Assembly (NCBI GenBank): GCA_051294375.1
Contig: CM119269.1
Coordinates: 12,130,896-12,194,895 of the forward strand
Direction: 5' to 3'
Length of the DNA: 64,000 bases
From: Paraspadella gotoi
Taxonomy: Eukaryota; Animalia; Chaetognatha
The position numbers were made by a program, and so were the translations under genes. Of this stretch, positions 37,741 to 51,784 are shown piece after piece; the stretch's first letter is position 1, and every line of letters starts with the position of its first letter. The notes under the pieces were generated by a model. It was not told the origin of the DNA and made no database searches. It saw only the letters and a list, made by a program, of their open reading frames with translations.

Positions 37741-40700
37741 GAAGAAAGGAAGAAAAAGGAAATAAGGAAGTCGTTTTAAAAGGAAAGGAGAAGAGGGGAG
37801 GAGGCGATACAGACAGGGTAACAAAAAATAAGGAGATTAAGGCAGGCGGACGGGACGATCTTTTAAAAAAAGATTTTTTGGCAAAGAGTCAGGTGAGTCC
37901 AACTGAGTCCCTCGGGTTTTTTTATGTCTTTCACTTTTGCCAGTTTCCTTTTTCCACAAGGCTCTGCGTCTCCCTCTGGAGGAAAGAAAAAAACCTCGAA
38001 AAAGATTTTAAGAAAAAAAATTCAGGCGACGAAAAAGTCGTTACTCGATCTACCCCACGTTTGCTTTCTTGCCTCTCCCCCACCTTTTACGCCCAATCTT
38101 AAACAAGTTTAAGCGAGCAAGGTCGCGTTAACTTCCCAGCAATCATTAATATATCCTAAGAGATCATTTTTCTGAAGTATTTTTAGCTGAATTTATAAGG
38201 TAAAATTATCTAAAAAGATACAAATTGTGCAACTAAATCAGAATATAATACAATCTTACCTACTCAATTAAAATGATGAAGCTAGTATGTTATTATTGTT
38301 TTAAAATTCATAATAAATTAAATTTTATTATATTTATTAAGGTAGGGTAACAGTTTTAGAGTCAATAAATAACTATCATCATTATTTAAAATTTCTGTTT
38401 TTTTTTATAAATGATAATGGTATTTTAATTTTTAACAATTTGACATAGATATTAAAAAGCGACTTTTAGCGTCGCGAGATATTCACTCGATCAAAAACAA
38501 GTTTGAGCAAACAATGTCGGATCTGCCTACGATAATTAATTAATTAATTAATCGATTAATTAATTAATTAATTAATTTTAATATGTTAATTAATTTTAAA
38601 TTTATATTCAACTTATCATCATCGATGTCCTTAAAATTGGGTTAGGACAGTTATTAAATATGTTTTGTTTACATTTTATCAAAACAAACAAATATCCTCT
38701 ATTTTATTTTATGTCTCCTTCTCTCTCTCTCTCTCTCTCTCTCTCTTTTGATGCAATTGCGACGATCTTTATGCTTTTAAGATTTTTTTAACTTGCATCA
38801 TTTTTTCACATTAATTAATTAATTAATTAAAACATTTATTAGTAATCATTAATATTAAAGATTTAAGTAAATGTGACTTATGTTTTTTCATCTAAACTTA
38901 TTTCCACTGGCAAAATTCCGTCAAAACTTTATATAATTATTATATATTAATAAATATTTAAAAGCTTCAGTGCAACAACCCAATGAACTAATTCAAAAAG
39001 TTACATTGAAAATCGATTTAGTAGTAAAAGGCAAAAAAAATTTTTAAAGAGAACTAGAAGTTATAAAAAGTGTTCAATTTTGGCCCGCCTTACTAGATAT
39101 TAGGCCGGAACAGGTTGAAAACTAGAAGTTCTCTTAAATAAATAATGGTTAGGCGACTATTATAATATGAAAATGAAAATAATTTTTAAAATTTTGCTTA
39201 TCAATTTTTTTTATAGATTCTGATAGAGCTTTAAAAGTTAGATGGAGGTTATTAATACTTTTAAAAATTTTTTTGTTTTATTAATGAAAAATTTAAAAAA
39301 ATAAAATTCAGCCAATAATGATGATGATGATGATTTTTTAAGGTTTTTTCTATTTTTAACCAATTTATTGTCAAAATTTGAAAAATTATAGTACTAACTT
39401 TCTTTTAACTTTTTAAGCTCTACAATAACCCGTTCTTAAAAAAATCACATTTTAAAAATTTTTTTTGTCATTTGTTATGAAATTGGTACAACCAATATAA
39501 AAATTATCCATTCATTTAATAAATAAGCTATCTTGGCCCCTGACTCTGGACAGGCTTTGGCGGTTTAAGGCCTCCATCACTCTTACAAGATAATGACATA
39601 GCAGGTCCCTGCAAGCTTTCAATCAAGACTCTCTCACAGTCCTGTTTATTCACTCCCAGAGTACCTGGCTTCCCTATCAATGAAGTGGAAAATATTTCAA
39701 AGAATGTTTCAGTGCAACAACCCAATGAATGGGTTGGTTTTTGGCGAGCTTGGCCAAGAAAAAGGCCAGAGGCTTCCATCCGTTTTTGGGCCTCTTTTGC
39801 CTCCAGCACCTGCTCCAATGGCCAATCTGATGGGCATCCGTTTGATGCGAAAGTTTTGCCCAAGTTCTTAGGATGCATGAAGTAATGCCGCTTGGATCAA
39901 GTCTTCTTTTTATCGGCCTTGAAACGCTTTGTTCACAGGTCGCTTTTTGGCCAGTCAAGGTTTTTTGCTTGCCACTGAGGGCCTTGTACAGGCGAGCGCA
40001 TCTGTGGGCGACTCTGGGGATTGAAACGCCTGCTTAGTAATTTATCAGGTTCCCCAGGAAATCTCTTGCAGTTCCCTTTATCGTCGTTGGGGATCGAGCA
40101 GTTTCCTGTAGCATTTGAACGCGTTCTTGGAAGCGGCCTCACTCCGTTCTTATCGCCCGCTCCTTCTCCTTCTTCTCCTCCTCCGTCCTCCTCCCTCACT
40201 GACCCAGCCCCAAGTCCCCCACCCTTGTCCCCCACACCATCCCCCCTTTTATGTTTTTTTGCTCCCTCCTTCCTCTCACTGCAGCTTCCACGCGAGACGG
40301 TGTCCGAACCGAAGAAGAAAAGAGCAAAAAAGAACAACAACAACAATGAAAAAGATGGGAATGAGCCAACAATGACAAACAAGCCGCACAACATGGATGC
40401 CCAATAGTAATCGACCAGGCCTACTCAGTCGTCCTCAAAGAGATGCTGAAGAGACAAAAAGAAGTTCAACACACAACAACATCATTGAAAATAATAAAAC
40501 CCCCCTGTCGACCTAATCGACAGTTGGAGCTTCTTCTCCCGGCATCCTCGGTCATTTCTCCCGTCTCCGTGCTCCAACTGTCAATTGTACACCTTATTAT
40601 ATAAAGTATTTATGTATTTTTTGTATTTTTCGAATTTTTGTAATTTTGGTATTTTTTCATTTTTGAAAAACGGTTTTTGCATGTTTAAAACCCGGTACAG

Positions 40701-40819
40701 AGACCTGGTTGTGAATATTATTGTATTTAGTAGCATTACTATATTATTTATCAACATCTGTTCAAATCCGACTCAAGATAGACGACAAACAATTATTTTG
40801 TTCTAATCATTTAATACCA

Positions 40820-40965
40820 TATATTATAACAGGGGGCATGGAGCCGCTCGTAGTGAATCAAATCTTAGTTACAGAAATAATTCCTCCACTTTATGCGGGA
40901 TTCGAACCATCGAACTCAAGGCTCCATGCGACAACCTGAGTTACAACTCAGAGCCATCGCAGGAC
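40820..40965 (-). mobile_element. tRNA-derived SINE-like fragment
   Basis: Minus strand A-box-like TGGCTCTGAGTTGTAA and B box GGTTCGAATCCC; no complete cloverleaf. Confidence 0.5.
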
Positions 40966-43900
40966 GGCCCTGATTCCTCAGAGAATCTAAACCTATTTAA
41001 ACGAAGTTTGGCGCCCAAATGCGACCAAGACATCTTTTGGTGAACAGAGCAACTGTTTACGAGAAAAACAAAATATTTCCTAATCGAGATTTAAAGCTTT
41101 AAATGAAAACAAAATACGCTTTGTAGAAATCCAGCCGTCTGAGTGCCCAGAGCTGCTAGCTCGCCATGTCACCAGAACTTGAGTTTTGACGGTTTCAGAA
41201 TCAACCATGCGATGAATTATTTCCGATAAAAGATCTGATTCGCTCACAGTTTGCCCGTATGCCCCCCTGTTGCTAAATTAGGTGGTTAAAATCATATTAA
41301 AACAACAAAATGTTGTTCGTCCATCTTGGGTGACTGAAGTTATGCTTGATAATAAATATATTCAAAATATCATAGTAATATATGCAATATAGTACAAACC
41401 GGTTTAAAATGGTCTGCAACGAAAAATAAAATTTCAAAAAATCTAAAATTTGAAAATTTGAAAAATTTCAAATAATAACAACAAAAAATTTACAAAATAC
41501 AAAAACACTATGCGGGGTAAACGACTGTAAATTATTGCACAGTCGGGCGAGGAGAACGGGAGGTAAGACACCGAGGATGCTTGGGACGAAGATGCTCCGA
41601 CTGGTCGATTAGTCGACAGAAGGGCGATAATATATATATATAATATAGTTATATTACATGACGTCATTCTGTATTTTTGACGTCGAAGCATCTCCTTGAG
41701 CACGACAGAGTAAGTGCGTGTCGATAGTGATTGGCATCCTGCTAGAAAAGTTCTCTGGCATTTGGCTTTTGGAGAATCTTTTGATCGTTGTTCGTTTTCT
41801 TCCCTTTTTCATTGTGTTGTTGTGATGTCTCTCTTTCTCGGCTTCTGCGGGGATTGACTTCGGTCTGCGCGTGGAGGCTGAGGAGAGGCGGAGGACGGAA
41901 AAACGTAAAGGGAGGAGGGTGGGTCGGGGGAAGTGGATGGCGGTGGGAGAGCGCGGGAAGGAGGAGGAGGAGGGAACCGGTCGGGCAGACATGCTGCGCG
42001 CTTTGAATATTTTTGAACAAGTTGTCCGAGGTTGTCTTTCTGCCGGCGTCCTCGTTTCGGTAGGCCCGGGCTGGCGCGCCTGCCCTGGGCTGTTGCTGAG
42101 ATGGTCCCTGATCAACCTCAGAAACGTCTCGGTGAAAACACACGCCTGGTTTAGACGCGGTTGATGTTTAGCGTTTCACGGCCGTTACTTTGGGGATTTT
42201 TGGATCGGTGACGTTAAGGCACGCATTGGCGATTCACTACACCCTGGTAAGCCGTCCTTCATATGGTGCTGAAGTGGCCACGCGTGAACATCTGCTCGGC
42301 CCATTGACGAAAAAAAGTGTTGAGCACGTGTCGAATTTGGTCCGGAGATGGATAACCGGGTTTTTGATGGATTAAGATTCAAAAGTTGGACGCCGTTCAC
42401 TGTGTTGTTAAGGCTGCCCGTTGTCGATTTGGAAAGGTCGTCGACGCATGCATCGGACGGCGACGCTAATTGGCACGTCCGATGACCATTGTCCCGCTGC
42501 TGACGCCCCGATGTACTTTCTTTTATCGTATTGTTCTGTATCGTAGAAGAGTCATCGGAATTTCTCCAAAACCATTTGTTCTCAATTTTCCTTCGCCAAT
42601 AAGGTTGATGAAGCGATTCTTTGAGCTCGCCTGTAGAAAGGCTGGTTGCAATTGCTTTATTTCCCCCATTGCATTCAGTTCGTCTCCACAAAGCTGAGTT
42701 GAATTGTGTTCCCCTGTCTGTCTAGTGATTACAGACGGAGTCGACGGTACGGAATTACAGTTAGTCCACTCCGAGGGCTCAAGCAGCGTCTAAGGATTGT
42801 TGAATGTGAGCGTGTGCTTGCGGAATTGCGGCCGCAATGGCGCTGCCGGCCATCATGAGAAAAGATCTACGATTTGTAGTGAAGATGGGCATATCCATTG
42901 GAGCTGGGGCAGTTTTTACTAAATCTAAAATTTAGGATGCTGAACATCTCCCGTTGCGAATTTTTAAACTTGGCCTATCTGGTGCGCGTACTACGTGGCC
43001 CTACCCTATGTTATCTGGTTCCAATACACCTGTCGGGTCGCAGAATACTGAGACGCAGTTCCTCCCGTCAGGAACTCCCGCAATTTGAAACACTCCTTAC
43101 CGCGAGCGCATTGCGTCCTATTCCTACAAACCCTTCTTTGCACACGCGACTCATAATGTCCCGATTAACTTGCGTCTCAGGCGCGGTCCAGCGCCTTGGG
43201 TGCCCTAATTCCATGTATATAAACGGATCGAATAATTTCTCTTCGCCATGACGCTCGCAGGTACCTCGAATGACGGCAGGTGTCCCGTCTGAAATGATCG
43301 ACAAGGACGGTCCATGCTTTCGCCAACTCTTATCTTCCTTAAAGGTCAGGCGCTGACCTGCCTTCTTCCGCGCCATCTCTCTGGTAATACATGGGCGTCG
43401 AGAACTCTGTGATCTAGACGCCATTTGCCTCGAAATTGGTTTCGAAACTTAGTTAGCCGATTGCAATTTACGCCTGAGTGGTTCTTCGAGTGGATGTTCA
43501 GTTTTATCGATTACTCTTTTCTTTCGGCAGTTTTCTAGATTTTTCGATTTGGCAGTTTTCCATCGGAGTCGTTACTCCGTTGCCCGGATGTAAATCTCTT
43601 ATCGTTTCCCGTTAGGTCATTGCAATCGCTGCTGGCTTGCGCCGTCTTGCTGAGGCTGCTGACCCGAGCGCCGTCGTTCGTCCTTGTCATCATTCCATCG
43701 ACGTCGTCCGACGATCTGGACCTGTTTGATGACGTTTATGCACCCGTCTTCGTTTGGCCGCACCCGAATTTTGGACGTTGAGTTGTGGCCGCAAAGAGGG
43801 CTTCGTTGGCCACAACGATTCGCCTTACTCTTTAAATAAATGCACGCTCTGCTCGTAAAACCCTCAGCCGATCAGCCTGAGGAGCTGATACAACTTGACG

Positions 43901-44162
43901 AACGGTACGTTCTGAATCTGCTTTATCTTTCGATCTATCTTCAACACAGTGCCTGAATTGCGCGGACAAGTCTTATGGAATGCGCGCCGAAAAGTTCTTT
44001 TCTTATCGAACAACGGGAGCGCCATAAGCGTGGTTTTGGCGAGCTTGGATCATCTCTCTTTTNNNNNNNNNNNNNNNNNNNNNNNNNNNNNNNNNNNNNN
44101 NNNNNNNNNNNNNNNNNNNNNNNNNNNNNNNNNNNNNNNNNNNNNNNNNNNNNNNNNNNNNN

Positions 44163-45031
44163 CAGCTTCTCCGGATCGAGGCGGCGGGCCTGTGCTTGAC
44201 AATGCCTTCCTTCCGTTGGTATCGAGTGTGTAACCTCGTGCTTGGGTTCCTTCAACTCGAAGGTTGGCGTCGATAATGATGGATAAGACTCGAGGAGTTT
44301 ATAATTTCGTTCTCCTTGCCGATCTACAAAACTGATATGTGTCGAGGGTTCTGACGCGGTGGACGCCACGATGGTCGAGTAGTCGCGGAGGTCGAGCAAC
44401 AAACCATCTCGATGATTTGGAGCCAGGAAATTCTCAGCGAGAAAATCCGCTCCAAGGATGTGTTGTCTGACGTCCGCTATGACAAATTCGTATACAAATT
44501 GATGATTACCCAGTTGTACCGTCCTCTCTGTCGTCCCATAGCAGCTTATGGGCCAGCCGTTGGCCGCCTGTAGCTTTATCTTCGGATCTGGGCCTTCATG
44601 GCGTTGTTCTTGAGAAGGTGGCACGATTGAGAGTCGCGCCCCTCCGTCGACGAGCCATTTGGTTCTGTCTTTGGCGTCTCTGATGTAGAGGAGACTGCTG
44701 GGCGCTGGTGAATGAGCTGAAGCTTGGGGGACGGCGTTCACCGACGTCGCTCCCCCTTCCCGTTTCCCTCTCGCTTCCATTGCATCTCCTCGTATTTGGA
44801 GCAACCTTGTTCGCATGACCATTGCTTCTTCGCCGAATTTAGCATGTTTTTGGCAGAGAGTAACGAGTTTTGGCTTCGATTTCGCCTTCGTTGAATGAGG
44901 TTGACGCTTTTTGTTGTTGAACGGCTTCTTCCTGTTGTTGACGACTGCGTTGACGCCATCTTCTTCCTCTGAATCAGTTTCTTCGATTCACCGTCCTCTA
45001 CGTGGCTGATGAGCGACGCCGACTGCTTCAC
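44163..45031 (-). mobile_element. Ty3/Gypsy LTR retrotransposon fragment (CsRn1-like): gag end, protease, start of RT; degenerate
   Basis: Protease LVDGGA...LQAANG...ILGADFL, then HSIPTEG...ARRLDPEKL. The gag CHCC motif C-QK-H-AKFGEEAWS-C-EQG-C is recoverable by removing one base. Confidence 0.85.
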
Positions 45032-45034
45032 TTT

Positions 45035-45600
45035 GAATTATTTAAACTCATTTCCACTCGCACGATTCCATCGAAACTTTATATCCAGCTTATCTCATCT
45101 CACACGTTCCTACCGACACACAAAATTTCATTCCAGATCCAACCAGCCAATCACGAATTAATTGACTAATTGATTAATTAACAGATTAATTATTTGATTT
45201 ATTAATACATCCTTCATTTACATTTAATTATAAAGGAAAAAGAAGCATAATCAATTAGTTAAACAGGTTTTTGTTTTTTTTTTCATTTAAACTCATTTCC
45301 ACTCAAACGATTCCATTCGAAACTTTCATATTACAGCTCCAATCACACACTTCCCTACCAACACTCAAAATTTCATTCCAATCCATCCCTCCAATCTTGA
45401 GTAATTGGTGTTTTTTGCTAAGGTGGGACGGACTGACGGGCGGACGGACGGACGGACATCATTTTTTTGCATAATTAATCATAATTCGATGTTCTGACAT
45501 GATATAAGTTAGTGCCCGACAATATGGAGGGGGCGGACCGACGGACCGACAAAGTGAATTATAGAGTCGGGATCTGCTGATAAGCAGAACCGACTAAAAA
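45035..45600 (-). mobile_element. HINE/DINE-1-like family A copy
   Basis: GGAC tract and terminal GTCGGGATCTGC-TGATAA-GCAGAACCGAC-TAAAAA. Confidence 0.75.
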
Positions 45601-45733
45601 TAATATACAGTAAAAGAATTACGATCAAATCTTTTCGTATCGGCCAAGATTGAAGTCCCTGTATTTTATTGGAAATTGAAAAAATATATTTTTTCATAAA
45701 GTTATAGGCTTTCGCCCTTTCGCCCTTACCTAG

Positions 45734-45769
<36 letters not shown>

Positions 45770-45779
45770 AAAGACTTAC

Positions 45780-45902
45780 CCACAACAGCCAAGGAAATGA
45801 GGTACACGAGAGTTGAAGAAGACGCGTAGTGTCGACTCAAAATCCGCAAAGTGATGGAGTTGGTCACGACAGCAATGATGTTGACAATTGAACAGCAATA
45901 AC
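45780..45902 (-). CDS. Peptide GPCR exon, TM1 to start of TM2 (GYCCSIVNIIAVVTNSITLRILSRHYASSSTLVYLISLAVV)
   Basis: CTCAG acceptor, G|GTAAGT donor, phase 1-1. Has the TM1 Asn and STxxYLxxLAxxD across the junction. Confidence 0.92.
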
Positions 45903-46019
45903 CTGAGAGAGAGAGAGAGAGAGAGTATACGAATTTTACTCCTTCGCAATCAAAGGAGCAAAAACTAAATTGAGAATCGACCTCAATTTCGAAATCACAT
46001 TAGCGAGTGAGCGTGTGAG

Positions 46020-46200
46020 TGTTCACTTCTCTTCACTTCTGTTCACTTCTGTTCACTTCTCTTCACTTCTCTTCACTTCTCTTCACTTCTGTTCAATTCT
46101 GTTCACTTCTCTTCACTTCTGTTCACTTCTGTTCACTTCTGTTCACTTCTTTTCACTTCTTTTCACTTCTGTTCACTTATTTTCACTTCTTTTCACTTTT
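46020..46200. repeat. 10-bp tandem repeat (GTTCACTTCT/CTTCACTTCT)
   Basis: About 18 copies. Confidence 0.9.
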
Positions 46201-46293
46201 TTCCCTCCTAATTTTTACTGAATGACGCAGTAAAGAAAGGAAAGATCCAGATGGCGACACAGAGCGATTGTGTCCATGGGATTTGTTACAAAA

Positions 46294-47162
46294 CTAGTTT
46301 GAGCAAACAATGTCGGATTTGCCCACGATCATTAGCGGTATTTAATTAATTAAATAATTCAATATAATTGATTAATTAAGCAATTAATTAATTAATTAAT
46401 TTGATCCAAAATGTTTGTTTTTAAGTCTTTTCATCACTTACCACGACAAAAGCTACGACAACAACGATAGCGACGACGACAATAATTCCGATAACGATTG
46501 ACTTGATTGATTGATTGGTTGATTGATTAATAGATAAATAAATTGATTAATTGAATAATTATTTATTTATTGATTAATTAATTGTCTAATTGATTAATTA
46601 ACTGATTAATTATTTGATTAATTAATACATCTCGCATTTACATTTAATATAAAAAGAAAAAGAAGCATAATCAATTAGTGAAAGAGTTTTTTTGTTTTTT
46701 CTATTTAAACTCATTTCCACCCAGACGATTCTATCGAAACTTCAGCTTAATCACACACTTTCCTACCCACATACAAAATTTCACTCATGAGTAATTGGCG
46801 TTCAAATAATGAAATAGATTTGGTTGTTTTTTCCATTTAAACTCATTTCCACTTGGACGATTCCATCGAAACTTTATATATTCAGCTCAATCACATACTT
46901 TGGTACCCACACAAAAAAATTGTGGATAAGGCGCTAGGTGGGCTGAAGCTGACTCTCCGTAACTTCTATAACCCCCTCTAGCAGGCATGGAACGGGTCCC
47001 TGGGCTTGGAACCAGGCTTGAGGGTTTGCCACGCCCCCAAGGCGGCTTACATCTTTTTTTTGCTTAATTCGAGTTTCTGATATGATAATAATGATTTACT
47101 GACAAGATTTCGGGGTGGGACCGACGGACCGACAAGGTGAATTATAAAGCCGGAATCTGCTT
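46294..47162 (-). mobile_element. HINE/DINE-1-like family A copy interrupted by a 133-bp GC-rich insert
   Basis: Both family termini are present; foreign sequence at 46921-47053. Confidence 0.7.
46999..47053 (-). ncRNA. 5'-truncated twister-like motif, third family
   Basis: Minus strand GATG-TAA-GCC-GC, P3 CTTGGGGG/CCCTCAAG, P4 CCTGG-TTCC-AAGC-CCAGG. The upstream GA/T1 strand is missing. Confidence 0.55.
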
Positions 47163-47234
47163 TTTAAAGTGTTTGTCTCTTGTCTGCAATAATTTAAATA
47201 CAAAGAAACGGCAGAAGATCAGGCCCTCTTCGAA

Positions 47235-47337
<103 letters not shown>

Positions 47338-47344
47338 GTCTCAC

Positions 47345-47630
47345 CTGCGACGATTTTGTTCCACCGTCGACGCGAATCGTCGCTTTGCTTATTTTTGTTT
47401 TTGTTGTTTTTGTTGTTGTTGTTGTTGTCATTGTTCGAGCGACTGTTGTTTTTCACTACGAGTTCGATGTTTTCTGTTTTGTTGTCGTCGTTTTTGTCGT
47501 CGTCTTCGTTGTTGTTGTTGTTGTTTTCTAAGAGAGATTCCGGCAGAACCCGTTTGCTCGTTTTGCCTTTGGTCTTTTCGTCGTCGTCGTCGTCGTCGTC
47601 GAGAACGTTTCGCGTCTTGAAAGGGGTAGA
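47345..47630 (-). CDS. GPCR juxtamembrane N-terminal exon (STPFKTRNVLDDDD...SRRRWNKIVA), Asn/Asp-rich
   Basis: CCTTCAG acceptor, G|GTGAGA donor, phase 0-1, open and in frame with the TM1 exon. Confidence 0.75.
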
Positions 47631-48444
47631 CTGAAGGAAAAAAAAAAGAGAAAAATATTTACATGAAATATTACTTTCTCCGTAGCTTTACTAAGACGAT
47701 AGAGAGCGAATGAGAGTGACGATGACAGTGATGATAACAGTGATGATGACAGTGAAGATAGCGATAATAGTGACAATGACTGCAGAAAATATATGTTATT
47801 TTCTATGCCTCAAGGTGTCGCGCGTTCAAGACGTCACCCGTTTAAAGAGTACGACAAGAGTCTTTGGATAATTCTTATTTTATTATTAATAATAATATCA
47901 AAAAACCCGTAGAAACTTTCCTTTAATGGGCAGACGAGATTGAATAACAAATTCTTATTAAGTCAGCCTACAATTAAATAGTAACCTTAAAAGATCAAAT
48001 CACTAAAAATTATCTGGTCATTTGAAGTTGACCGACTGAAAAGGAGACAGGCGAAGCATATTATTTTTCTTCAATGACAGTGATGAATATAATGACATTG
48101 ACAATGACAGTGACAGTGATGATAACAGTGACGATTAAAAACACGATGACAGTTATGATGAAAGTGACACTGACAGTACCAATGACAGTAAAGATGATAA
48201 TCATGATAATAGGCAGGTCGATGATGATGATAAAAGTGACATTGAGAGTAACAATGATGATGACAAAGTCAAGAAGGCAAAAAAATTGCATTATTTCGAT
48301 GACAGTGACAAATATGATGAATATGATGCTGACCAGGACAGTAATGATGATAATGACAGCGACAATGAGGGTAATACTGACGACGACATTGAGCGATGAT
48401 AACAACGACAACGACGACAACAACGACTTCCGGAATCGATTCAC

Positions 48445-48646
48445 CTTCTGCGTCTCTTCTCTCCGCCTCCTGCGGCTGCTGCGTCGGCTGTGTCGCTGCA
48501 GAGTCCCGCTGCTGCGCTGCGTCTCCCTGCTGCTCCTCCTTTGTTGACGTTGTAAATATCGTTGGCCTTTCGCGGGTTCGACCCTGAAAGTCGACGGAGA
48601 TCGCGGTTCGATGGGGAACTGAACCCGGGACCCGTCTGGGCGGAAC
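48445..48646 (-). CDS. GPCR N-terminal exon (FRPDGSRVQF...RRSSRRRRREETQK), Arg-rich
   Basis: CAAG acceptor, phase 2; AAG|GTGAAT donor, phase 0. Confidence 0.65.
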
Positions 48647-48819
48647 CTTGGCCGGGGGAAAAGAATTAAGGGGTTTTGTTTAGATTTGGGTGCGTTGTTG
48701 GAGTTAACATCTTGGTCGCAGTCGCAGTAAATATAAATAAATTCATAAATAAAGTTAAAAATAAAAAAATAATTAATAGATATCTCAACAATAAATAAAT
48801 AAATAAGTATATAAATAAC

Positions 48820-48946
<127 letters not shown>

Positions 48947-48985
48947 ATATATAATTGAATAAATAAAAAATAAATAAATAAAAAA

Positions 48986-49036
<51 letters not shown>

Positions 49037-50340
49037 AAGATTTGATTAAACTCGTAATTCGTACAACCAATATAAAAATTATCCATTCATTTAATAAACA
49101 AGCTATCTTGCCCCTGACTTTGGACAGGCTTTGGTGGTTTGAGGACTCCATCACTCTTACAAGATAATGACATAGCAGGTCCCTGCAAGCTTTCAATCAA
49201 GACTCTCTCACAGTCTTGTTTATTCATTCCCAGAGTACCTGGCTTCCCAATCAATGAAGTTGTATAAAGTTTCAAAGAATGTTTAAATGAAACTATTTCA
49301 TTACTTGAACGCCAATTAATCATAAGTGGACGGGGCGATTGACTTGAGTGGAAATGAGTTGAAATGGAAAAAACAAAAAAACTCTTTCACTAATTGATTA
49401 TGCTTCTTTTTCTCCGAAAGACATTATTTCGTATTTGATGAGTAGAAGGTCAAGAGGTCACGTCCTTTGGGCTGAGAGTTCAAAGGTCGCGACTTTTATA
49501 ACATATTATATCAAAAATTGTGAAAATAAAAAAATCGTTATAACAAAAAAAATTAAGTATTATATCTTCATCTTGTTAAAAACACCTTTGTAACACGCAT
49601 GAGCTATTCCGTCTCAACGGTTCATCAAAATATTAACCACAATCGATGCCTCAATTTTATTAGATCCAAAAAAAGATCTGCATCTCTCTCTCTCTCTCTC
49701 TCTCTTATCCTCTTTGGCTAAAGTCACTCTTCATAATTATTTCTTGACCACTTATACTGGCCAGAGAGGGAAACAGAGAGAGAGAGAGAGAGAGAGAGAC
49801 AGGAGAGAACGAGTCATTTCACTTTATTTATCCCTTTGAGCTTCCACTTGTCAGAAACGATCCTTGATTTTTCCCCAATGCGCGTCATTGCAGAAATCAT
49901 CTGTCATCTTTTTTCTGTCCCTTTTCCCGCCCCCTTTGACCCCCATCTCCGCCCCCCTTTCGCCCTCTCTCGCGCCCCCTTTGATCCCCTTCTCCCCCCT
50001 TTTCCCATCTGTTCTTCCGTTTGTCTGGTTTGTCTGTCTGTCGATCTGTCTGTTTTTTTATATTTTCTCCGTACGTTGCTCCGTCCGTATGTTTTTTTTT
50101 TACCATTTTTACATCTTTCTACGTTCCGAATGGCTAACTTTGTCCATCCGTCGGTCCGTCTTTTCGTCTCTTCTCTACTCGACTCTACTCTCTTCTCTTC
50201 TCTTCTCTTCTCTTCTCTTCTCTTCTTTCTCGTTCTCTTCTCTTCTTCTTCTCTTTTCTTCTTATTTTTTTTATTTAGGGGCGACCGAATTCATGTGAAT
50301 GCTTTTGTATTTTAATTATATTCTCTTTTTTATCTATTGA

Positions 50341-50425
<85 letters not shown>

Positions 50426-50542
50426 CTCATCCGTGACCTTCCTTTTCACATTTCTCTCTCTCCCGATCTTCAGCAGATGTGACCCCATCAACCTCCAGAG
50501 TGTGAGAGGATTTCACGCGGGCCTCACCAAAAACTCACTCAC

Positions 50543-51784
50543 CTCAAAGGTAGGGTCGAAGACGTCAGCGCCGATGTGAAGGACGCCGCTTTACTCTTGG
50601 GGGGCGTTGATGACGTCGTCGTCGTCGTCGTCGTCTTCAAAAGCCCTGGGTCCCTCATCTTCGTTTCAATGAGAGAATATTTGTCATGTTGTCCGTTTGG
50701 TTCATCGTTAAAAACTCCACCAGATTTCATTCTCGTCTCTCCTTTGGATTTAACGTTGGAAGCGTCCGTGGATTTCTCATTTGATGCTCCATTAGATTCA
50801 ACAATCAGTGCTATAGCGATATCTCTATTCATATATCTAAGAGAATCTACCATTGATGCTCCACCAGATTGAATGTTTGATGCTCCATTAGATTCAACAT
50901 TCATTGTTGTAGTGATATCCTTATTCATATCTCTATGAGATTCTTTCACTGATGCTCCGCCGGGTTCAATGTTTGATGATCTATTAGATTCAGCGTTTGT
51001 TCGTTTGTTTGATTTGCGATTTAATATTTCACTATTATATTCAATGTTCGATACTCTACGCAATTTGACTTCCAAGGCTCTATTCGATTCAACAATTGAT
51101 GCACCACCCAACTTAATATTCTTAGTTCCACTCGATATAACTATTGCTCCTTCATTTAACTTGCCATTCGTAAATCCATCAGATTCAAACATCGTGGTTC
51201 CATCAGATTCAACGTTCAAAGCTCCTCTAGATTCAACATTAGATTCAGCACCATTTAAAGCTTCATTAGATTCACTCTCTCTCGTAGTCCCTCTCTCTCT
51301 CGTCGTCTCTCTCTCTCTCGTCGTCTCTCTCATTTTCCCCCCAAAATTTCTCTTCACACTCATTTCTTTCCCCCGAAGAATCTTCGCCTCAGGGAAATCA
51401 TTTCGTTCGTCGACGTCGTTATCGTCGTCGTCGTCGTCATCAGCATCATTATGTCTCCTCGAAGGCCTTCTTCTTATTCTTCGTCGTCGTCGTCGTCGTA
51501 TCTTCGATTGTGATTCATCTTTCATTGCAGTCGGTCTGTCTGTCAAGGGAACAAGATCCGTCGTCGAAATCACGACGTCGACGAACTTCGGCGGTTGCGC
51601 CGGTGCAGCGCCTGCCGGTGTATCGGCCGGATTGTTGGCGGCTGCCGTTGTGCAGCGGCGGCCGGGATGGAGATAGTCGCTTTTTCCGGTGAATTTCGCT
51701 TTGGTTCCACGAGTGCCATCGTCGTCGTCGTTGTCGTTGTCCGTCGTCGTTGTCGTCGTCGCCGCATCGTCGACCAAAATCCTA
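50543..51784 (-). CDS. Distal part of the giant ectodomain exon (~412 aa, NVESNGAS-like repeats)
   Basis: ORF 50539-51777 ends at AG|GTGAGT (phase 2), matching the next acceptor. Confidence 0.65.

Noticed and set aside
40885-40960. tRNA gene
   Set aside because: A B box is present but there are no acceptor or anticodon stems; treated as a SINE head.
43877-43912. CTGAGGA...GAAC hammerhead-like string
   Set aside because: No convincing stem II and no GAAA box.
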